In this document: positions 1-5,679 of the stretch, piece by piece
Layout of the letters: each line of letters begins with the position of its first letter
How positions within the stretch are numbered: the first letter of the stretch is position 1
NCBI RefSeq assembly: GCF_001945605.1
Contig: NZ_MPKA01000039.1
Location: 1-6,113 of the forward strand
Direction: 5' to 3'
DNA length: 6,113 bases
From: Dubosiella newyorkensis
GTDB taxonomy: Bacteria > Bacillota_I > Bacilli_A > Erysipelotrichales > Erysipelotrichaceae
Made by a program: the position numbers and the translations under genes
The notes under the pieces: model-generated
Databases searched by the model: none
Seen by the model: the letters and a program-made list of their open reading frames with translations, nothing else
What the model was told of the DNA's origin: nothing

Positions 1-366
1 GCAGGGAAAGTCCCCTGCCAGACGCCGAATAAAACGTGGCCTGTATCGTTCAGATACAAACAGACTCATCAACGCGGATATCAATGCCGCATTGCAGATC
101 CTGAAGAAAGTAGTCCCAACAGCCTATGCCAATGGGATAGAGGGGATTGGATTATCCCCAATCAAGCTAAATCTGAGCTTTTAAGTCAGGTTGGCTCGAT
201 AAAATATTCCGAACAGAAAACACGACTGCCAAACGAATTGTAAAGTTGTCCACGAGAGCAGATTATTCACTTGATCTGTTTGTTGACTGGTTATTCTATT
301 AGGTTGAGTGAAGCTGTTCTATGCTATTAACTGCTATGTCATTTAACATAATAAAAGTAGATTGAA
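1..366 (+). mobile_element. Right-end portion of an IS200/IS605 (IS1341-type) element; outer boundary not determined
   Basis: tnpB ends at 184. In this family the right end (RE) extends roughly 100-200 nt past the tnpB stop, so the boundary should fall between 185 and 366 (the esterase stop codon is at 367-369). Local stem-loops at about 186-234 (GGTTGGCTCG / CGA..GCCAAAC) and 257-280 (CAGAT-10 nt-ATCTG) fit a structured RE. I cannot place the exact end from one copy. Confidence 0.45.
2..184 (+). CDS. tnpB: IS200/IS605-family TnpB (OrfB, RNA-guided nuclease) C-terminal fragment; 5' end lies outside the window
   Basis: Frame 2 is open from the window edge to TAA at 182-184. It reads QGKSPARRRIKRGLYRSDTNRLINADINAALQILKKVVPTAYANGIEGIGLSPIKLNLSF*. 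The RGLY...INADINAALNILKK block is the conserved C-terminal RuvC-III segment of TnpB/OrfB proteins (Asp codon at 77-79). It is absent from the supplied ORF track because it has no in-window start. Confidence 0.75.
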   Translation, partial: QGKSPARRRIKRGLYRSDTNRLINADINAALQILKKVVPTAYANGIEGIGLSPIKLNLSF

Positions 367-1197
367 CTAGGAATTTATAATCTGACCACTCGAAAGCGCT
401 TCTTCTTGATCATCCAACGGAAGCCAATTCAACACATCCAAGATCATTCGATCCCAAAAATCCCAATCATGACCGCCTGGAATTTCTTTCCAAGTCACCT
501 CGTAACCAAGTTCTTGAAGCTCTTCATAAAACGCATGATCCCACTTGTATAAATCATCTTCCGTTCCACAAGCCAAATAGACTTTTGGAAGATCTGCTTC
601 TTTTTCGACAAGCTTCTTAGCTAAAAAATGAAAATCCTTGTTCGAGCCGAGCAGCTTATCTAGATCGCCAAACACGCTTTCTAAATACGAACGCCGCATA
701 ATAGGAAGTAGCGCTTCTTCGCTCGCGTTCACGAACGTCTCAATATGAAGCGCGGCGCTCAAGCCCGCAATGCGTGAAAACAACGTGTTGTATTTCAACC
801 CATTCACGATGGCGCCATAACCACCCATGCTCAAGCCCGCAATATACGTATCTTCTCTATTTTCGGAAAGTGGGAAGATCTTTCGCGTTTGAACAACGAG
901 CTCTTCGATATATTGAGAAAATTGATCCGTTGATTTGTCATGATCGATATAAAACTTGTTTTCACCTGCCGGCATGATCACAGCCAAATTTCGATCTTGC
1001 GCCCATCGAACGATCCTTGTCCCATTGACCCAATCGGTCTCATCGCCAAATACGCCATGCAGCAAATACAAAGTCTTGAAGGGTTTTTGTTCTCGAACCA
1101 CATCATCAAAATATACTTTATCAAAGGGTAAGATCGCTTGAAAATGCACTTGCCGCAATAAAGCTTTGGAAAAATAATCAACCTGGATCAGCGCCAT
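367..1197 (-). CDS. Alpha/beta-hydrolase esterase (putative-esterase family; tributyrin/acetyl-esterase EstA-like)
   Basis: 276-aa ORF. It has the nucleophile elbow GLSMGG, an acid candidate in CGTEDD and a His in PGGHDW, in the order expected for the Ser-Asp-His triad. The N-terminal YLLHG oxyanion-type motif and overall layout match streptococcal EstA-type esterases. The start lies 6 nt after the GH4 stop codon, so the two genes are probably co-transcribed. Confidence 0.85.
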   Translation of the reverse strand: MALIQVDYFSKALLRQVHFQAILPFDKVYFDDVVREQKPFKTLYLLHGVFGDETDWVNGTRIVRWAQDRNLAVIMPAGENKFYIDHDKSTDQFSQYIEELVVQTRKIFPLSENREDTYIAGLSMGGYGAIVNGLKYNTLFSRIAGLSAALHIETFVNASEEALLPIMRRSYLESVFGDLDKLLGSNKDFHFLAKKLVEKEADLPKVYLACGTEDDLYKWDHAFYEELQELGYEVTWKEIPGGHDWDFWDRMILDVLNWLPLDDQEEALSSGQIINS

Positions 1198-1203
1198 GAA
1201 GGA

Positions 1204-2604
1204 TCAAAGTCCTTTCTCATACAATTCTCGAGCCACATCATCTTTAATCGTGACACCTTCCGCCTTCAGGCGAGCGATATCTTCGGCAAATTGAGGCAAG
1301 TATTTTTCATGCGCCACCAACAGCTCATCCATCACTCTCTTAGCAGTCGCGCCACTAGGAATTTGTGGATTCAAATAGAAGGCCGTCAGCAATTTTGCAT
1401 AATCACCCGTCACCGCCGCTTCTTCGGTCACTTGCTCCATCGCCTTCATAATCTGCAGCCATCCACGCTCTGCTGTTGGCAACTTACCAAACGCGATCGG
1501 TTTTGCCCCTGTCGCGCCAATGAAAGAAGAGACTTCGACCGCCACATCTTCAGGAAGATCTGGAATGGCTCCATTGTTTCGAGTCGTCACGACAATGTGG
1601 GCATTCTTATTCGCGTAGATCGATGCGATCGTATCACACGCCGCATCTGAATAATGTGCTCCGCCTCGTTTTGCCAGCTCTTCTGGCTTATAGTTCAAAT
1701 TCGGATCTTTATACAATTCAAACAAAGCGGCTTCGGTCGCTTTCACTTGCTGCGCGCGCACACCCTCTTCAGAAGCGTATTCTTCCAACATATGGTTGAG
1801 CATTTCTTCTTGCCGATAATAATACCGATGATATCCGCAAGGGATCATGTTCATTTCAAGCAGTTGCTCCTTCATGAATGGCATATCAAAAATATTGGCC
1901 GGAATGCCACTGTCTTTTTTTGGATCATACATGGCTTCGATCAAGCCTTTCGTGACTTCATTTCCTTCATTGTCCCAAACACGATGCCAATGGAAATGAT
2001 TCAATCCCGCGAACTTGTAGATCAATTCATCTAATGTCTTATCGATCGTTTCTGGCTCTTTCATCATCGCGCCGATCGGCACATTGCAAAGGCCGATCAC
2101 CTTGTCCCAATGTCCATACTTCATGACGGCTTCCGTGACCATGCCGCTTGGATTGGTAAAGTTGATCAACCAGGCATTTGGACAAAGTTCCTTCATATCC
2201 TCTACGATATCGAGAATGACAGGAATCGTTCTAAGTGCCTTAAAAATTCCTCCAGGACCATTTGTTTCTTGACCCATGATCCCATAAGAAAGCGGGATCC
2301 GCTCGTCTTTGATGCGGGCATTGAGCAAACCTACACGAAATTGGGTCGTGACAAAATCCGCATCTTTGAGCGCCTCTTTTCGATCAAGCGTCAAGTGGAC
2401 CCTGACATCGTAAGGAGTCGCGTCCCACATCCGTTGAGCCATGGCGCCCACGATCTCCATCTTTTCGCGTCCCTCTTCAATATCCACTAGCCAGATTTCT
2501 TTGATCGGCAATTCATCATATCGTTTGATGAATCCTTCCATCAATTCGGGTGTATAAGAACTTCCGCCGCCAATTGTCGCAATTTTAACTCCATCTTTTG
2601 CCAT
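1204..2604 (-). CDS. celF: Glycoside hydrolase family 4 6-phospho-beta-glucosidase (CelF/ChbF/LicH type)
   Basis: 466-aa ORF. The N-terminal NAD fold is IATIGGGSSYTPEL. Long near-colinear blocks are shared with E. coli CelF/ChbF (EGFIKRY, KEALKDADFVTTQFRVG, DERIPLSYG..GQETNGPGG, NAWLINFTNPSGMVTEA). The catalytic Cys motif is GLCNVP, and CN(V/I)P is the signature that separates 6-P-beta-glucosidases from other GH4 specificities. The SD AGAGGG lies 8 nt upstream of the ATG. Confidence 0.9.
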   Translation of the reverse strand: MAKDGVKIATIGGGSSYTPELMEGFIKRYDELPIKEIWLVDIEEGREKMEIVGAMAQRMWDATPYDVRVHLTLDRKEALKDADFVTTQFRVGLLNARIKDERIPLSYGIMGQETNGPGGIFKALRTIPVILDIVEDMKELCPNAWLINFTNPSGMVTEAVMKYGHWDKVIGLCNVPIGAMMKEPETIDKTLDELIYKFAGLNHFHWHRVWDNEGNEVTKGLIEAMYDPKKDSGIPANIFDMPFMKEQLLEMNMIPCGYHRYYYRQEEMLNHMLEEYASEEGVRAQQVKATEAALFELYKDPNLNYKPEELAKRGGAHYSDAACDTIASIYANKNAHIVVTTRNNGAIPDLPEDVAVEVSSFIGATGAKPIAFGKLPTAERGWLQIMKAMEQVTEEAAVTGDYAKLLTAFYLNPQIPSGATAKRVMDELLVAHEKYLPQFAEDIARLKAEGVTIKDDVARELYEKGL

Positions 2605-2610
2605 ATAAAT

Positions 2611-2668
2611 AGCCCTCTCTTTCTTGATTCCATTATATTGGATCCGAAATCAAAAAAAAGAGAGGGCT
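2611..2668 (-). promoter_or_regulatory. Long imperfect stem-loop whose 3' arm (in the mRNA) contains the GH4 Shine-Dalgarno sequence
   Basis: There is a perfect 10-bp inverted repeat: AGCCCTCTCT (2611-2620) and AGAGAGGGCT (2659-2668). It is extended inward by TT/AA and by TTGATT (2624-2629) / AATCAA (2648-2653). On the minus-strand RNA the downstream arm AGAGAGGGCU is the SD of the GH4 gene (ATG at 2604). The upstream arm is a CCCUCUCU anti-SD followed by U8. Confidence 0.5.
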
Positions 2669-2711
2669 TACAATCCGTAACGCCGTTTCCAATTCCTTAA
2701 AAAAAGAACGC

Positions 2712-3728
2712 TTAGCGTGTAATCATCGTTTTATCGATCGAAGCAAGATCGGATGCTCCGCACATTTCCATCGTATCTTTCAATTCTTGGCCGAGGGTTT
2801 CCACAAGCACCTCGACGCCTTCTTCCCCAGCGCCATAGACCGCGTTCACGAAAGGACGAGCGACAAGAACAACATCCGCTCCCATCGCGAGCGCTTTAAA
2901 AATATCCACGCCGCTGCGAAGACCTCCATCCACGAAGATCTTCATTCTTCCGTCGACGACCTTTGCGATCTTCTCCAGCACGGAAGCGCTCGAAGGCGTT
3001 CCATCCAAGACTCGCCCTCCATGGTTGCTTACGACGATCGCTTTCGCACCGGCCTCTAGCGCTTTGATCGCTCCTTCTTCGCTCATGATCCCTTTGAGCA
3101 TAAACGGAACAGGAGAAGCGTCGATGATCTCTTTGAGTTCTTGCACACTCTTTCTTCCCGCTGGCGGGGTGAAGCTCTTTAAAAAAGGGAGTCCTGCCGC
3201 ATCGATGTCCATCGCTACCATAAAGGCTTTGCTATTTTTGACAAGCTCTAGCTTTTCGAGCACGATTTCTTTTGGCCAAGGTTTGATCGTGGGCACGCCT
3301 AAGCCATCTTGGTTTTTGATTTCTTGACATGCGTCGATCATGATGGCTGGATCCATTCCATCACCCGTAAAGGCACAGATGCCCGCTTTCTTCGCTCCAG
3401 CCAACAACGTCTTATAGAACGTCTGATCTGAATAAAGGTCGCTGTAGTGCATGGCTACCGCGCCCACAGGTCCTGCAAAAATTGGATATTTGAACGTTTT
3501 TCCAAAGAGAGTCAATGTCGTATCGATCTTTCCCTTGGGAACGATCGTATCCATCTTCACGAATACATCTTGCCAGCCTTCATAATTGCGCGTCGCCACG
3601 CGTCCGCTCCCTTTACTTCCTGGTCCTGGGATCTGGTTGCAACACGCTCTTCCGTCGCAAATCAAACACGCTTTGCAGTGAGGACCAACAAGCGGCCGGC
3701 TTTTATTCAACACTTCTTGAAAATTCAT
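2712..3728 (-). CDS. FMN-dependent alpha-hydroxy-acid dehydrogenase/oxidase family protein (FMN_dh TIM barrel) with an N-terminal Cys-rich motif
   Basis: 338-aa ORF. Family hallmarks are present: LKGI (Lys), SNHGGR (catalytic His/Arg) and DGGLRSGVDIFKALAMGA (FMN phosphate binding). The N-terminus carries CKACLICDGRACC (residues 18-30, nt 3639-3677). The ATG at 3728-3726 overlaps the HAD TGA at 3727-3725. The SD GAAAGGAAGAG lies inside the HAD 3' end. Confidence 0.85.
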   Translation of the reverse strand: MNFQEVLNKSRPLVGPHCKACLICDGRACCNQIPGPGSKGSGRVATRNYEGWQDVFVKMDTIVPKGKIDTTLTLFGKTFKYPIFAGPVGAVAMHYSDLYSDQTFYKTLLAGAKKAGICAFTGDGMDPAIMIDACQEIKNQDGLGVPTIKPWPKEIVLEKLELVKNSKAFMVAMDIDAAGLPFLKSFTPPAGRKSVQELKEIIDASPVPFMLKGIMSEEGAIKALEAGAKAIVVSNHGGRVLDGTPSSASVLEKIAKVVDGRMKIFVDGGLRSGVDIFKALAMGADVVLVARPFVNAVYGAGEEGVEVLVETLGQELKDTMEMCGASDLASIDKTMITR

Positions 3729-4375
3729 GCTTCTCTTCCTTTCTCAAAATACAATTCTACACAGGCGGGAATCTCTTTGACCGATTCCACATAGGGGGCG
3801 TAAGGAAATGGGCCAAACCCATATTTCGCCAATAAAAAAGGCACATTCGCTTTTTTTGCTGAAAGATAATCGTTTTCGATATCTCCAATATAGATCGCTT
3901 CTTTGATCTTGTTTTCTCGAATGATATCTTGGATGTTTTCTGCCTTCTGTTTATGAAAGTCGCCAAACGCCCTTGTAAAGTCTACATAGTCTTCGAGTCC
4001 GTAATAGGCCAAGAACGCTTCGATATAGCCTGCCTGACAATTGGATATGATCCCGACCATATACTGCTCGCTCATTTGAGAAAGCACTTCCCGAACATGT
4101 TCGAACAACATTCCCCCGTGACTTCGAATATAGGCGTTTTCAAAACATTCGCATCGTTTCATCACCTGTTTGCCGCGTGCCTTTTCGCACGTTGGAAATA
4201 ACGTCTGCCATATGTCATCCATTGAAAAACCCATTACGCTTCGCATTTGTTCCGCACTGATTTGGGGAAGATCTTCTTGAGCCAAGATCACGTTCCACGC
4301 ATCCACAACCGATTTCCCCGAATCCCATAGAGTGCCATCTAAATCGAACAAGACAGCCTTCGTATGATCCTTCAT
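3725..4375 (-). CDS. HAD-superfamily hydrolase, subfamily IA (phosphoglycolate-phosphatase-like sugar/acid phosphatase)
   Basis: 216-aa ORF. HAD motif I is FDLDGTLWDS, motif II is GIISN, and motif IV is GDIENDYLSAKKANV. A strong SD AAGGAGTG sits 7-9 nt upstream of the ATG at 4375. Confidence 0.85.
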   Translation of the reverse strand: MKDHTKAVLFDLDGTLWDSGKSVVDAWNVILAQEDLPQISAEQMRSVMGFSMDDIWQTLFPTCEKARGKQVMKRCECFENAYIRSHGGMLFEHVREVLSQMSEQYMVGIISNCQAGYIEAFLAYYGLEDYVDFTRAFGDFHKQKAENIQDIIRENKIKEAIYIGDIENDYLSAKKANVPFLLAKYGFGPFPYAPYVESVKEIPACVELYFEKGREA

Positions 4376-4397
4376 TTTTCTTCACTCCTTGAATATC

Positions 4398-4406
4398 ATT
4401 CTAACA
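4398..4406 (-). promoter_or_regulatory. Candidate extended -10 promoter element (TGT-TAGAAT) for the HAD/FMN-dehydrogenase genes
   Basis: The minus strand reads TGTTAGAAT between the upstream terminator and the HAD SD. The only -35-like hexamer (TTGTTT, 4423-4428) sits at a 19-nt spacing. The predicted leader would be only about 16 nt, so this is a weak call. Confidence 0.3.
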
Positions 4407-4426
4407 AAAAACAGAAAAGATGAAAC

Positions 4427-4453
4427 AAAAAAGACGAGTCAATTGACTCGTCT
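4427..4453 (-). terminator. Rho-independent terminator ending the PTS/EEP unit
   Basis: The minus strand reads AGACGAGTC-AATT-GACTCGTCT, an 8-9 bp perfect stem (4433-4440 / 4445-4452). It is followed by TTTTTTGTTT (A-run 4427-4432 on the plus strand). It starts 3 nt after the frame-corrected EEP stop codon (4456-4458). Confidence 0.8.
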
Positions 4454-4455
4454 GA

Positions 4456-5255
4456 TCATTGAAATTCGACCATGATCCCGAAATGATCCGAAATCACAGG
4501 CCAATTTTTATTATTGAAAATCACTTGCGAACTTCTAACGGAAAGAGGGCGATTCGTCTTTGCGGGATCGGCTCATTTTCCCGCCAGCCATCGATTTGTC
4601 CTGAAATCGTATAGCCATCATCTTTCTCTTTGGCTAAAAGATACGTGTCGTAAAATCCAACCTGTCGAATCGTGTCATAGTTTTCGTTTCGGATCGCTGC
4701 GTCTCCATTGAAGTCTCCAAGCAAGAAAACGGGTTCCTTCTTCTTTTGGGAGATGCTTTGATTTGCCTTCTTCCATTGATTGGCGAAAGGTTCTTCTGGA
4801 TCAGCCCACCATGAGAAATGGACGCTGTAGAACCAGCCATCTTCATTGCGGATCCCTAGAAGCCGTCTCGTCCGATAGTTTGAATAGCTTTTGTTTTGAG
4901 AAACAAGAAGATCTTCCACTTCCAAGATCGGTTTCTTTGAAAAGATCGCGACCCCTTCATCATACTTTCCATAGCCAACTTTGATTGGCAGCCATACCCA
5001 CTCGTAATGGATTCCCTGGCCTTCGAGCATTTTTACGATCGTATAGGCATGATTATCTTGTCGAAGTTTGATTGTATCTTGGATCTGAATTTGATTCTTG
5101 AGTGGTTTTACTTCTTGTGCGCCTTGGCTTTGATTGACTTCTTGCAGACAGAATACATCGGGCTGCAAATTGGCGATCGCTTCCACGAACACTTGTTGTT
5201 TTGAAAGCATGTACTTCTCTTCAAGCGAGTGTGTATTTCAAGTAAGAAGACGCAT
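4456..5255 (-). pseudogene. Endonuclease/exonuclease/phosphatase (EEP) family phosphatase, MapP-like, disrupted by a nonsense codon and a frameshift
   Basis: The track ORF 4521-5210 carries the EEP core (PDVFCLQEVNQ, LLGDFNG). Reading upstream in the same frame gives ATG 5255-5253 and MRLLT-TGA-NTHSLEEKY-M(5210). So the conserved first strand (LT[L/W]NTHS) exists but is cut by TGA at 5240-5238. At the 3' end the frame-A tail (RRIALFPLEVRK*) is aberrant. The -1 frame from about 4542 reads SVRSSQVIFNNKNWPVISDHFGIMVEFQ*, which is the canonical EEP C-terminus including the SDH catalytic His. Its stop is at 4458-4456. Confidence 0.75.
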
Positions 5256-5260
5256 GCGGC

Positions 5261-5679
5261 CTACAAAATGTCGTTGATGTCCGATTTAAGAACATCGGCT
5301 TTTGGTCCATAGACGGCTTGAATGCCATTGTTTTTTTCATCAATCCCATGGCGCCTTCTTTTTTCCATTCTGTCACGTCCGCGACTTTTTCTGGATCTTT
5401 GACCGTGACTCTTAGGCGGGTCATGCAGGCGTCGACTAGAGTAATGGTGTCTCGTCCTCCAAGAAGCGCGATGATTCTTTCTGGTTGTGAATTTCCATCG
5501 CCAGTTTTCCGTTCTTTCACGTCTTCTTCTTCATCGTTTGAATAGTTTCCATTGCGGCCTGGTGTCGCGTAATTGAATTTCCCAATCATCCAGTACGATA
5601 CAAAATAACCGATCGCTAAGAATACAAGACAGGCGATGATAAAGTTGATGATGTCGCCGCCAGTCAAGCGATCAATCAT
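5261..5679 (-). pseudogene. PTS glucose/maltose-family EIICB remnant (last EIIC helix, linker and EIIB domain), 5'-truncated and frameshifted
   Basis: The track ORF 5221-5679 has three parts. IINFIIACLVFLAIGYFVSYWMIGKFNYATPGR is the terminal EIIC helix plus the KTPGR-type junction. An acidic linker follows. The EIIB domain carries the phospho-Cys signature LVDACMTRLRVTV. After GAMGLMKK the frame degenerates at an A7 run (T7 at 5331-5337 on the plus strand). Adding one base restores KKNNGIQAVYGPKADVLKSDINDIL* (stop 5263-5261), a typical EIIB C-terminus. Most of the EIIC domain, which precedes this helix in intact EIICB proteins, is missing. Confidence 0.75.

Noticed and set aside
774-1181. Small ORFs overlapping the esterase gene (774-977, 940-1131, 956-1141 on the plus strand; 978-1181 on the minus strand).
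   Set aside because: They are embedded in a well-supported esterase ORF and have no supporting signals.
1291-2490. Plus-strand ORFs of 119-126 aa (1291-1650, 1654-2034, 2084-2272, 2110-2490) antisense to the GH4 gene.
   Set aside because: They lie entirely inside a strongly supported minus-strand gene. Their composition is low-complexity and rich in Arg, His, Phe and Ile, with no recognisable motifs or SD sequences. These are shadow ORFs.
2670-2691. A GGATTGT match to the start of BglG/LicT-type RAT antiterminator sites, and a cre-like or LacI-type palindrome TGGAAACGGCGTTAC upstream of the GH4 gene.
   Set aside because: The RAT similarity ends after about 7 nt and the sequence does not form the RAT fold. 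The cre-like site has an odd-length centre (AACG-G-CGTT) and several mismatches to TGNAANCGNTNNCA. I mention it only as a possible operator, not as a call.
2699-2718. A terminator-like ACGC-TAA-GCGT stem plus T7 directly at the FMN-dehydrogenase stop codon.
   Set aside because: The stem is only 4 bp with a 3-nt loop, too weak to call an intrinsic terminator with confidence. It is noted under the spacer finding instead.
2787-4201. Plus-strand ORFs (2787-3059, 3025-3327, 3447-3794, 3515-3835, 3929-4201) and minus-strand ORF 3757-3966.
   Set aside because: They are antisense or out-of-frame overlaps of the FMN-dehydrogenase and HAD genes. They have no motifs and no ribosome-binding sites.
5173-5180. 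A GCGATCGC (cyanobacterial HIP1) match, hinting at a cyanobacterial origin.
   Set aside because: There is only one exact octamer. The gene content (PTS EIICB, GH4 phospho-glucosidase, EstA-like esterase, MapP-like EEP) is typical of Firmicutes and not of cyanobacteria. The enrichment is in GATC/CGATCG generally.
5238-5240. The possibility that the in-frame TGA in the EEP gene is read as Trp (genetic code 4) or selenocysteine, since TWN is also a plausible EEP first-strand motif.
   Set aside because: The GH4 gene (stop 1204-1206) and the HAD gene (stop 3725-3727) both terminate at TGA at sensible protein ends, so TGA is a stop here. No SECIS-like hairpin follows the codon. The same gene also has a separate frameshift.
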